Shown: piece after piece, positions 1-7,807 of the stretch
How the letters are laid out: the number at the start of each line of letters is the position of its first letter
Position numbering within the stretch: position 1 is the first letter of the stretch
IMG/VR virus record: IMGVR_UViG_2671180699_000003
Reading direction: 5' to 3' (one strand)
Source of the DNA: a virus
Lineage: Duplodnaviria > Heunggongvirae > Uroviricota > Caudoviricetes
DNA: 18,126 nucleotides
Position numbers and translations under genes: made by a program
The notes under the pieces: generated by a model
Told to the model about the DNA's origin: nothing
The model's database searches: none
Seen by the model: only the letters and a program-made list of their open reading frames with translations

Positions 1-756
1 TTGAGTGCGGGACGCCTGAATAAAAAATCTCTGGGTATCGTGATGTTGTTATCGGTTGGACTGCTTTTGGCGGGCTGTTCGGGTAGCAAATCATCCGATA
101 CAGGAACGTATTCCGGCTCCGTTTACACCGTGAAACGGGGGGATACGCTATATCGTATTTCGCGCACCACGGGAACCAGCGTAAAAGAACTGGCGCGACT
201 GAACGGCATTTCCCCCCCTTACACCATTGAAGTTGGTCAGAAACTAAAACTGGGTGGGGCGAAAAGTAGCAGTATTACACGTAAATCAACCGCCAAATCA
301 ACGACCAAAACCGCATCGGTTACACCGTCATCAGCGGTACCGAAATCATCCTGGCCGCCAGTAGGGCAACGTTGTTGGTTATGGCCAACGACAGGGAAAG
401 TTATCATGCCGTATTCGACAGCAGATGGCGGCAATAAAGGGATTGATATCTCAGCTCCACGGGGTACACCTATTTACGCCGCGGGTGCAGGAAAGGTGGT
501 GTATGTGGGCAACCAGCTGCGTGGCTACGGTAATCTCATCATGATTAAACACAGTGAAGATTACATTACGGCTTACGCCCATAATGACACGATGCTGGTA
601 AATAATGGGCAAAGCGTGAAGGCTGGGCAAAAAATCGCCACTATGGGGAGCACGGATGCGGCATCTGTTCGCCTGCATTTCCAGATTCGTTACCGTGCAA
701 CGGCAATTGATCCGCTACGTTACTTGCCGCCGCAGGGCAGCAAGCCAAAATGCTGA
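1..756 (+). CDS. ygeR: LysM domain / M23 peptidase family lipoprotein (YgeR-like), 251 aa, TTG start
   Basis: ORF 1..756 begins at TTG. Lipoprotein-type signal peptide with LLAGCSG lipobox; LysM-like segment (YTVKRGDTLYRISR...); Ser/Thr/Lys-rich linker; C-terminal M23-like region. Length and sequence match my recollection of E. coli YgeR, which lies next to glyU. Confidence 0.85.
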   Translation: MSAGRLNKKSLGIVMLLSVGLLLAGCSGSKSSDTGTYSGSVYTVKRGDTLYRISRTTGTSVKELARLNGISPPYTIEVGQKLKLGGAKSSSITRKSTAKSTTKTASVTPSSAVPKSSWPPVGQRCWLWPTTGKVIMPYSTADGGNKGIDISAPRGTPIYAAGAGKVVYVGNQLRGYGNLIMIKHSEDYITAYAHNDTMLVNNGQSVKAGQKIATMGSTDAASVRLHFQIRYRATAIDPLRYLPPQGSKPKC

Positions 757-789
757 TGGCGAATTAATCAGCAGTCAGCAGCGCGGCAC

Positions 790-817
790 TTGCTAAGGAG
801 AGCGTAAGGTTTATAAT
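790..817 (+). promoter_or_regulatory. sigma70-type promoter for tRNA-Gly (-35 TTGCTA, 16-nt spacer, -10 TATAAT)
   Basis: TTGCTA at 790-795 and perfect TATAAT at 812-817, about 17 nt upstream of the tRNA 5' end. Confidence 0.5.
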
Positions 818-834
818 GCCTTACGCATCTCGAA

Positions 835-908
835 GCGGGCGTAGTTCAATGGTAGAACGAGAGCTTCCCAAGCTCTATACGAGGGTTCGATTCCCTTCGC
901 CCGCTCCA
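835..908 (+). tRNA. glyU: tRNA-Gly (anticodon CCC)
   Basis: 74-nt sequence GCGGGCG...CGCCCGCTCCA with a 7-bp acceptor stem, D-arm GTTCAATGGTAGAAC, anticodon loop TTCCCAA (CCC), T-arm GGGTTCGATTCCC and encoded 3' CCA. Confidence 0.95.
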
Positions 909-1141
909 ATTTATCTTCACCTCATCAATCTGCCATTTTTGCTGTATCTGATTTTCTATATTATCTTAATTCAATCGCTTCAGACTTTTCGCAATCGCCG
1001 TAATATTTCCCCATTTTGTTGTAAATAAAAAGCGTTTACGCAATGCAATCCTTTTGTAACAACCCAGGTAAAACACCTTATTTTCAAGTTGTTAAATAAG
1101 TGGTTATCTACGCTTTTAACAAACGATTGATGGAATATTTT

Positions 1142-1252
1142 ATGAAAGGGAAATCTGCATTAACTCTTCTGCTCGCTGGTATATTTTCGTGCGGCACATG
1201 CCAGGCGACAGGGGCAGAAGTGACGAGTGAATCTGTATTTAACATTCGGTAA
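1142..1252 (+). CDS. tiny ORF (36 aa) with signal-peptide-like N-terminus; possible gene remnant
   Basis: ATG at 1142, product MKGKSALTLLLAGIFSCGTCQATGAEVTSESVFNIR. No convincing SD. AT-rich region just before the N gap. Too short for the ORF track. Confidence 0.2.
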   Translation: MKGKSALTLLLAGIFSCGTCQATGAEVTSESVFNIR

Positions 1253-1302
1253 TGACTCCAACTTATTGATAGTGTTTTATGTTCAGATAATGCCCGATGA
1301 CT

Positions 1303-1312
1303 NNNNNNNNNN
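1303..1312. other. assembly gap (10 N) - scaffold/contig junction
   Basis: Run of 10 ambiguous bases in the sequence; the flanks differ in composition and gene content. Confidence 0.95.
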
Positions 1313-1363
1313 TGCGGGTGCTGTGTAATGGAAATAAAAAGGCCACCTGACGTGGACACCAGA

Positions 1364-2416
1364 TTATTTCCCCACCAGCTCGTTTATCTCTTTCACTGTC
1401 TGGTTAAACCGCTCTGACTCAAGCTCAACACCTAAGGCCCGACGCCCCAGCGCCATTGCTGCTTTTATTGTGGAACCGGATCCCATAAAAAAATCAGCAA
1501 CCAGATCACCAGGTCGACTACTGGCATTGATTATTTGCCTGAGCATATCCGCCGGTTTCTCACACGGATGTTTACCCGGGTAGAACTGAACGGGTTTATG
1601 CATCCAGACATCGGTATAAGGCACGGAGACTGATACGGAGAAATAGCGCCGGAGAGATTTAAACTCATCCAGCAATTCAGAATATTTGCGATTCAGTGAA
1701 TCATAAGATGCCACCAGCTGGTGGTGTGGTTGTTCCAGTTGTTGTTCCTGAAACTTCTCTGCCGCTATACGGGAAAACAGTGCCTGTAACTTCCGATAGT
1801 CAGCCTCATTCGGCAACTGCCACTGACTGGCACCAAACCAGTGGGAAACCATATTTTTCTTACCTGTGGCTTCGGCAATTTGTTTTGCCGTTATACCCAG
1901 TTCGGCACGAGCATCCCTGAAATACGATATCAGCGGTGCCATTATGTGCTGTTTGAGTTCCCTTTCTTTTGCCGCATAGCCGTCACTTTTGCCGCGATAT
2001 GGCCCCTGGTAATGTTCAGCAAACAGAACGCGCTCTGTGGCAGGAAAATATGCGCGCAGACTTTCTTTATTACACCCATTCCAACGTCCGGACGGCTTCG
2101 CCCAGATGATATGGTTAAGCACGTTGAAACGTTCACGCATCATGATCTCAATATCAGATGCCAGGCGATGCCCACAGAACAGGTAAAGGCTTCCGGCAGG
2201 TTTTAACACCCGCCAGAACTGGGCCAGACAGTGGTCCAGCCACTTAAGGTAATCTTCGTCCCCTTTCCACTGATTGTCCCAGCCGTTGGGTTTCACCTTG
2301 AAGTACGGCGGATCGGTAACAATCAGGTCAATGGAATCATCAGGCAGGGACTGAATAAAATGCAGGCAATCAGCGTTGATTAAATCAGCACTGTTTATTT
2401 TTACAGTATTTTTCAT
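1364..2416 (-). CDS. DNA methyltransferase, beta-class amino-MTase (N6-adenine or N4-cytosine), 350 aa
   Basis: ATG start. N-terminal motif IV DLIVTDPPY and C-terminal motif I FFMGSGST (order IV...I is beta-class). No restriction endonuclease nearby, so it looks like an orphan phage MTase. Confidence 0.8.
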   Translation of the reverse strand: MKNTVKINSADLINADCLHFIQSLPDDSIDLIVTDPPYFKVKPNGWDNQWKGDEDYLKWLDHCLAQFWRVLKPAGSLYLFCGHRLASDIEIMMRERFNVLNHIIWAKPSGRWNGCNKESLRAYFPATERVLFAEHYQGPYRGKSDGYAAKERELKQHIMAPLISYFRDARAELGITAKQIAEATGKKNMVSHWFGASQWQLPNEADYRKLQALFSRIAAEKFQEQQLEQPHHQLVASYDSLNRKYSELLDEFKSLRRYFSVSVSVPYTDVWMHKPVQFYPGKHPCEKPADMLRQIINASSRPGDLVADFFMGSGSTIKAAMALGRRALGVELESERFNQTVKEINELVGK

Positions 2417-2566
2417 GGATCAGTAAGCGTAACTCTGGTAGGCTCACTCTGCTTTTGCGCTAAAGCAGTGGGCCGTGGTTCGCTTGTGACCAGTAAGCAT
2501 GAGCGAATGGCTGGCAGGTGCTACCAACACCCACCAGCCGCCCATTTTCACAGCAGGAAACCGCCA

Positions 2567-2794
2567 TTACTGGCAGCGTCTGAATTTATTCCCGTACCCG
2601 CCGTTATCCTTCGCCAGACCCGCCAGAACTAACTGAGTCAGTATTAACTGGCACCGGGCTTCGCTTACTCCGGTAGTTCTCGTCATCATGCGTGGCGTTA
2701 CCCACTTGTCAGCAGGTAAGAAATGAAGGACTGCGGCGGCGGTTTCTGTCATATCTTGCTGTTTTAGCATGTCTTTTTCCCTTCTGGTTAACAT
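2567..2794 (-). CDS. hypothetical small protein (75 aa, or 67 aa from an internal ATG at 2770)
   Basis: ORF lying between a strong terminator and the MTase. Weak SD at the first ATG; the start is uncertain. Confidence 0.4.
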   Translation of the reverse strand: MLTRREKDMLKQQDMTETAAAVLHFLPADKWVTPRMMTRTTGVSEARCQLILTQLVLAGLAKDNGGYGNKFRRCQ

Positions 2795-2892
2795 GACATA
2801 CCAATAACTCTTGTCTAAAAATCCAGCAAGATAAAAAGTCAGTATTCACGACCACCAGCGTGTTTACTGTACTGCACCAAGTTTACAGGTAC

Positions 2893-2917
2893 AAAAAACC
2901 CGCTCAGTGGCGGGTTT
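2893..2917 (-). terminator. rho-independent terminator (tR'-like position)
   Basis: On the minus strand: stem CCCGC / loop CACTGA / stem GCGGG followed by TTTTTT. Lies downstream of the 205-aa gene. Confidence 0.55.
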
Positions 2918-3046
2918 AAGTTGTGTGGCGAAGTAACCACTCTTAACACACTAATAGCATTTTTGTTATAACACAAGTAGCTCATTCAGTATTTTTAGAA
3001 TCTTGACTTTCTTAAGCACGGCGAACTCTGAATACCAAACATAAAA

Positions 3047-3664
3047 TCAATTATCTTCCAGGCCGGATGCTATCAACGAAAGCCTCTCAAAAAACGCTGT
3101 AGCAGCCTTGTCCAAAGTTGAATAAGTACTGTATTCTCCGTGTTCGGGACCAACCACTACCCATGGTCGTCTTTTTGGGATTCGGGACTTCTCAGAAATC
3201 ACTGTTCCAGATATACCAATATCAATTGTTACACCTGTTATTATTTTCTCTTCATCTCTTTCCCTGAACTCAATTGCCATAAATGCCGTTTTTTTTCGTT
3301 TCCCGTTTTTAAAAAAATCAAATAAAGCAAAGCGATGCTCATTAAAATCAACACCCCATCGTCCTTCAGGATAAAGGGCATGAAAGTTGTCATTTACGCT
3401 CTGCATCGTCTCATAAGCTTTAACTTCTAAATCTCCATAGTGCATAGATACCGCGCAGGAGTCACTGGGTAACTGTATTTTCCCAAGATTGAAAACCTTT
3501 ACTGCTCCAGAACTATGGCATCTTGCCCGCAATTTATCCCCATTTATACTAATCGGAGAAATATTCCTTAATGTTCCGGGCTGGCTCCCTCCTAAGTAAA
3601 CGACTGTTAAAGATTGCTTATTTTCAATTGCATCAACTAATACATGCTCTACATTTTTATCCAT
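3047..3664 (-). CDS. hypothetical cargo protein, 205 aa, with a possible N-terminal WYL-like beta-barrel
   Basis: Start set at the ATG at 3664 (MDKNVEHV...), which has a GGGAGG SD 7 nt upstream, rather than the ORF-track start at 3691. The segment LTVVYLGGSQPGTLRNISPISINGDKLRARCHSSGAVKVFNLGKIQL resembles the WYL pattern by eye. AT-rich compared with its neighbours. Confidence 0.55.
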   Translation of the reverse strand: MDKNVEHVLVDAIENKQSLTVVYLGGSQPGTLRNISPISINGDKLRARCHSSGAVKVFNLGKIQLPSDSCAVSMHYGDLEVKAYETMQSVNDNFHALYPEGRWGVDFNEHRFALFDFFKNGKRKKTAFMAIEFRERDEEKIITGVTIDIGISGTVISEKSRIPKRRPWVVVGPEHGEYSTYSTLDKAATAFFERLSLIASGLEDN

Positions 3665-3665
3665 A

Positions 3666-3702
3666 ATAACCTCCCGATGAACAGGTATCATCAGGAGGTT
3701 AT
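3666..3702 (-). promoter_or_regulatory. 15-bp hairpin sequestering the SD of the 205-aa gene
   Basis: Inverted repeat ATAACCTCC(C/T)GATGA ... TCATC(A/G)GGAGGTTAT with a 7-nt loop. The GGGAGG SD sits in one arm and the start codon lies 1 nt beyond the stem. Confidence 0.5.
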
Positions 3703-3739
3703 AATAAAATATGATTATTTACTTTGATTGAATTTATTA

Positions 3740-4111
3740 CTATATGTAACAATCAATTTCTAAAGATACCCCCAACATTGCCAGACAACCGTCAATAAAC
3801 CCTTCAGCTTTCTGCAGTCTGATAACAACCTGATTAAGTGATATCCCCAGTTTTACCCCCAACGCCCGTAATGTAACCCCATACACATAATACATTTCCA
3901 GTAATTCGTATTGATACGGTTCCTTTTTCTTAAGAACTGTCATTGCAGAGCTAATGATCAGGCCATCGTCATCGCTACATTGCGGGCGGGATTTTACTTT
4001 CGAAGGAATTAATCCCTTAAAACCTGCAGCAACAGATGACCATTCCACATCCTCGTGATTATTTGCCACCCATGCCCCCCAACGTTCAAGAACCATTTGA
4101 ATATCACGCAT
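3740..4111 (-). CDS. quuD: late-gene antiterminator Q (QuuD-like), 123 aa
   Basis: Product MRDIQMVLERWGAW..NNHEDV.WSS.AAGFKGLI.SKVKSRPQC.DDDG... matches my recollection of DLP12 QuuD. ATG at 4111 has a GGAGA SD; the ORF-track start at 4126 is a TTG. Confidence 0.8.
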   Translation of the reverse strand: MRDIQMVLERWGAWVANNHEDVEWSSVAAGFKGLIPSKVKSRPQCSDDDGLIISSAMTVLKKKEPYQYELLEMYYVYGVTLRALGVKLGISLNQVVIRLQKAEGFIDGCLAMLGVSLEIDCYI

Positions 4112-4128
4112 CAACTTTCTCCACAAAA

Positions 4129-5124
4129 TCAGGCCAGCACGCCTATTGCCAGCGCACGATCGATAAAACGAAATATCAGCTCCAGCTGGGAGCCATACTT
4201 CTCTTCAAATGCCACGGTATCCGCATGCAGCTCGTCGTGATGCTTTCTGCACAAAGGCAACACAAAGAGGTCATGCGCTTTTGTACCCATTCCACCCTGA
4301 CCGTGGCCTATCAGGTGGTGGGGATCATCAGCAGGCTTTCCACAACATGCACACGGCTGTGTCTTAACCCAGCGCGTGTACTTTTCATTAACCCAGCGGC
4401 GGCGTTTTGGGCGTAACATAAAAGACTCCGGCGACTCCGGATCCACTTTCAGCGCCAGCACCTTTTTCGCTTTATCCTGGATGATGCTGGTGGCAGGAAC
4501 CGAAGGCACAAGGTCACTCTCCCGGGTGACAGACGGCACAACAGGTTTCGGTAATCTCAGCGCCTTACGGGCTGCGCTTTCAGGTAAGGCATCCGCCAGG
4601 TCATTACGAATCAGCCACCAGCACAGTTCCGGCATTGTCACGGCATGGTTATCATCAAAACCGAGATCCCGACGGACTACAGACAACACCCAGCGGGCAC
4701 AGTTATCCGTTGCCATTGATTCCAGCCGTTCCGTGAACTGATCGCGCAGCTGGTTATCGCAGTGCCAGCACAGACGGATTGCGCCCGGAGCGTGTCGCAT
4801 TGTGGTCATGTTCTCGCTGTGCCAGTCGGAATGAGGCCACTGGCAGCCTTTTTCACGAAGTAACCAGCTTTCAAGACATTCCACGCCACCAGCACGACGG
4901 ATCACTGCCTCATTGCGGAACACGGCCCGAACGGCAGGATCATCCGCCAGCGGTTGTGATACCGCCGGAACGGCACCACTGGCGAAAGATGAATAACGTT
5001 CCGGCTCAGGCTCCAGCAGGACACGCCCCTGCATAAACAGGGGCATCAGCTCTGAACCTGGCCTGAACAATACGATCCCCATACGCGGGGCAATTTCAGG
5101 GGTCAGTAGTGCTCTCACGGTCAC
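4129..5124 (-). CDS. DUF968-like nin-region protein with C-terminal HNH-like Cys/His motif, 331 aa
   Basis: C-terminal CACCGKPADDPHHLIGHGQGGMGTKAHDLFVLPLCRKHHDELH. GTG start. Sits between the KilA-N gene and Q. Confidence 0.5.
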   Translation of the reverse strand: MTVRALLTPEIAPRMGIVLFRPGSELMPLFMQGRVLLEPEPERYSSFASGAVPAVSQPLADDPAVRAVFRNEAVIRRAGGVECLESWLLREKGCQWPHSDWHSENMTTMRHAPGAIRLCWHCDNQLRDQFTERLESMATDNCARWVLSVVRRDLGFDDNHAVTMPELCWWLIRNDLADALPESAARKALRLPKPVVPSVTRESDLVPSVPATSIIQDKAKKVLALKVDPESPESFMLRPKRRRWVNEKYTRWVKTQPCACCGKPADDPHHLIGHGQGGMGTKAHDLFVLPLCRKHHDELHADTVAFEEKYGSQLELIFRFIDRALAIGVLA

Positions 5125-5125
5125 C

Positions 5126-5935
5126 TCAATGAACGGTATCGAGCAGCTTTAACAGCTCAGGGAATCGGGATTCGAAGAAATGCGGCTGCGTCTCACGCGG
5201 ATTTGCGGGACTGGTGATGTTCTTGCCGAACATGCAGCCTTTCGCCGTCAGCGACCAGAATTTTTTGATGTTGTTAATCCCGGTACGGCTGTATCGTTCG
5301 CGCTGCTCGACGATCCCCAGCTTCACCATCTGGTGATATGCCTGATTAGCCGTCAGGCGGATACCATACTGCTTCAGCAGTGCACTCAGCGACAGCGTCG
5401 GGCGGCTTGAGCCATCAGGCGCGTCAGCAGGTGCATCAATGGCATAGCGCGGTGCCAGATTCGGTAAGCCAACAGCCTCCTGGAGTTTCTGACAGGCACC
5501 AAGCACTGAAGAGTTAGACAGATTTAACTCCCGGCGCATAAAGTCCAGCAGGATCACGCCAGCCTGCATCTTGTCAGCAGCCTGTCCGGATAACTTTTCC
5601 GGCGCGCTGGTTACCATATCGAAAGTACGGATCACCTTCAGATGGAATGACGGGCTGATCCACATTGCATAGGCATACACCAGTTCCTTACAGACATACG
5701 TTCCCCGTTCATTTCCCCCATGAATCACACTCACCGGGTCAACACCCAAATTCTGGGTGTTGGTTAATTCATGAACAAGCTCAACAGTTTGTTGGCTGGA
5801 AAGAAACTTTCCTGGCTCCTTGGTTCTGGCATTTGCACCAGATGCTACTGCTGCGCGATGCAGATCGTTCAGGCTGTAACGCCCATAAGCATCACGACGA
5901 ACTTCAATACCATCAATGACCATCAGATTATTCAT
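5126..5935 (-). CDS. KilA-N domain protein (antirepressor-like), 269 aa
   Basis: N-terminal KilA-N-like region (VIDGIEVRRDAYGRYSLNDLHRAA...). GAGGAG SD 9 nt upstream of the ATG. Confidence 0.6.
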   Translation of the reverse strand: MNNLMVIDGIEVRRDAYGRYSLNDLHRAAVASGANARTKEPGKFLSSQQTVELVHELTNTQNLGVDPVSVIHGGNERGTYVCKELVYAYAMWISPSFHLKVIRTFDMVTSAPEKLSGQAADKMQAGVILLDFMRRELNLSNSSVLGACQKLQEAVGLPNLAPRYAIDAPADAPDGSSRPTLSLSALLKQYGIRLTANQAYHQMVKLGIVEQRERYSRTGINNIKKFWSLTAKGCMFGKNITSPANPRETQPHFFESRFPELLKLLDTVH

Positions 5936-5954
5936 ACTTCGTTTCTCCTCTTAA

Positions 5955-6344
5955 TCAGGCAGCTGCACCCGCCGTTTTCTCGTACTTACTGATAGTGATC
6001 TCGACCTTCCCTTCCGGGATAACCGGTCCCCACTCCACCAGCATTCTTTTCACCTGACTGTCGTCTTCCCACACCCCCGCGTGGGTCAGGGCGTCAAACA
6101 GCGCCTTGTTATAGTTGTCCAGATCGCGGATCCTGTTATCCGGAGGAAACAACACGATCTCCACTGAAGCAGGTGCCGACGTTGGTTTCGGCAGACGACG
6201 TAACTGCTCAACTATTGCTGCACACGCCGCGCTCTGGAATTTGCGCCCCGCCGCGCTTATCAGGCTCTTACCTGCAAACGCCACTTTGTTGGGGTGTCGC
6301 CAGTACGTGTTCACGCTGGGCGGAAAAGGCAGTATTAGCTTCAT
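5955..6344 (-). CDS. rusA: RusA Holliday junction resolvase
   Basis: 129 aa with LPFPPSVNTYWRH and RDLDNYNKALFDALTHAGVWEDDSQV, matching the RusA family catalytic region. Confidence 0.85.
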   Translation of the reverse strand: MKLILPFPPSVNTYWRHPNKVAFAGKSLISAAGRKFQSAACAAIVEQLRRLPKPTSAPASVEIVLFPPDNRIRDLDNYNKALFDALTHAGVWEDDSQVKRMLVEWGPVIPEGKVEITISKYEKTAGAAA

Positions 6345-6667
6345 ACTTTCAGGCCCCTCTCATGTAACCAGTGGGCTGCACGCAACCTGGCGTTCTCCTC
6401 ACCGGCAAGCAGTGCGCGGATGATACCGACCGCCTCGCTGTCGTCGTCCTTCACCGCGGTATGAAGCGTGATGCCCCGGGCCACGCCACGCTTTATCGTG
6501 ATGACGCCTTTTTTCTCCAGTGCGCGAAGATGCTCCACCGCTGCATTCACTGAACGGTATCCCAGCATGGTTGCCACCTCCTGATTGGTTGGCGGGAAGC
6601 CACGTTCTTTCTGATAAGAAATCAGCATATCCAGCACCTGCTGCTGGCATTGAGTTAACGTCGTCAT
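6341..6667 (-). CDS. LexA N-terminal DNA-binding domain protein (no S24 peptidase domain), 108 aa
   Basis: QQQVLDMLISYQKERGFPPTNQEVATMLGYRSVNAAVEHLRALEKKGVITI closely parallels the LexA winged-helix N-terminus. ATGA overlap with rusA. Confidence 0.65.
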   Translation of the reverse strand: MTTLTQCQQQVLDMLISYQKERGFPPTNQEVATMLGYRSVNAAVEHLRALEKKGVITIKRGVARGITLHTAVKDDDSEAVGIIRALLAGEENARLRAAHWLHERGLKV

Positions 6668-7317
6668 GCCGCCATCTCCCTGACCAGTTTTTCTGCCTGC
6701 TGGCGAACCTGCGCCAGAAAGGCCTCACCACATGCCTCAAGTTCATCGCGCCCGATGTAGCTGATTGCCGGTCCCTTCCAGGTCTTGTCGAAAACAGCAA
6801 TAGCACCAGCGAAGAAAGCGCCTGTCGGCACCTGCTTCTCATCCTTCGGGATAAACCAGGCAGGCAGTTCAAAACCAATACGCCCGCGAATAAAAGCAAT
6901 ATGATCTGCATCTTCCGGCCACCACACTTCGCTGGTGGCAGCTTTGATCAGGAAAACATAGCGCCCGCCTTTATCACGCATGGCACTGGCATGCTTCATG
7001 ATGTAACGCATGCCGGTGATGTATTGCCCCTCATGCTGACTGGCGCGGCTGTATGGGGGATTACCAAAGGCAGCACCTTTAAGCTCCGCAAGGCGTTCTG
7101 ACCAGTCATGCGCCAGCGCGTTGTCTTCCGCCGTGTAATACGCAGCACATTTGGCGTTATCACCGTCAGTGAACAGATCCAGAACAAACGGGCCAAACAG
7201 GGTGTTAATTCCCCAGAAAATGTTGTCCGGCGTGCGCCACTGATCGCCCACTTCCTTCAGTTCATGGGCTGGTTTGTTCCGCAGTTCCGCCAGCGCCTGG
7301 CAATATTTATTACTCAT
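6664..7317 (-). CDS. phage Dam-like N6-adenine DNA methyltransferase, 217 aa
   Basis: NPPY catalytic motif (FGNPPYS). Start set at ATG 7317 (MSNKYCQ...), which overlaps the upstream stop as TAATG, rather than the GTG at 7350. Confidence 0.7.
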   Translation of the reverse strand: MSNKYCQALAELRNKPAHELKEVGDQWRTPDNIFWGINTLFGPFVLDLFTDGDNAKCAAYYTAEDNALAHDWSERLAELKGAAFGNPPYSRASQHEGQYITGMRYIMKHASAMRDKGGRYVFLIKAATSEVWWPEDADHIAFIRGRIGFELPAWFIPKDEKQVPTGAFFAGAIAVFDKTWKGPAISYIGRDELEACGEAFLAQVRQQAEKLVREMAA

Positions 7318-7805
7318 TAAGCCCCCACGTAATTCCCTGAGAGATACCACTCTTCACCTGATGCAGCCCGCTTACTGCTTTTCCGTAAACACCGTTCACG
7401 ACGCGCCAGAAAATTGTTTCGTTCTGGCTGGGAGTGGCTTTCACGGAATGCCGCCATCCACACCGTTGCAGCACGACGGTATAAGCCCCTCGACTCCAGT
7501 TCTTCAGCCTGGCGGGTCAGGCACAAAATCACCCGGGGGTCGTTAGTGCCGACATAGAACTTGCGCACAGGTCTGGTTTCACGAACTGGTTGTGGTTCCG
7601 GCTCCTGCGCTCTCTCAGTCAGGCGCGAGAAATGTCTGCGTGTATCTCCTTCACAACGGTGAGCCACACGCCCACTCTGACGTAACTTGCTTGCTGACTG
7701 CAGAACGCGCTGCCGTGAGTAACCTGCAAAAGCATCCGCAATGTCTCCGGAAGTACAGCCCGGATGGGCTTCAATGAATTTCTGAACTTCATTCAAAATA
7801 CTCAT
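7317..7805 (-). CDS. PerC-family transcriptional regulator-like protein, 162 aa
   Basis: C-terminal LESRGLYRRAATVWMAAF resembles the PerC/Pch signature (GLWRRAA..W). ATG at 7805 has a GGGGTGA SD; the ORF-track start at 7811 is a GTG. Confidence 0.5.
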   Translation of the reverse strand: MSILNEVQKFIEAHPGCTSGDIADAFAGYSRQRVLQSASKLRQSGRVAHRCEGDTRRHFSRLTERAQEPEPQPVRETRPVRKFYVGTNDPRVILCLTRQAEELESRGLYRRAATVWMAAFRESHSQPERNNFLARRERCLRKSSKRAASGEEWYLSGNYVGA

Positions 7806-7807
7806 GC

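Noticed and set aside
237-678. Two minus-strand ORFs (65 and 75 aa) inside ygeR
   Set aside because: They are antisense to a well-supported gene and show no independent start signals.
816-1028. Plus-strand 70-aa ORF from the track
   Set aside because: It overlaps the complete tRNA-Gly sequence and continues into AT-rich DNA with no SD; the tRNA explains the region.
1108-1359. Minus-strand 83-aa ORF containing X residues
   Set aside because: It reads straight through the 10-N assembly gap, so it is an artefact of the scaffold join.
835-1363. Reading the tRNA as the prophage attachment site
   Set aside because: The N gap lies between them, the nearest prophage genes are late-side cargo rather than integrase, and no repeat of the tRNA 3' end is visible in the window.
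1696-2206. Plus- and minus-strand ORFs nested in the methyltransferase gene
   Set aside because: Off-frame or antisense overlaps of a CDS with clear catalytic motifs.
6399-6911. 170-aa Arg-rich minus-strand ORF overlapping the LexA-like and Dam genes
   Set aside because: Alternate frame of two motif-bearing genes; the composition is typical of an off-frame read.
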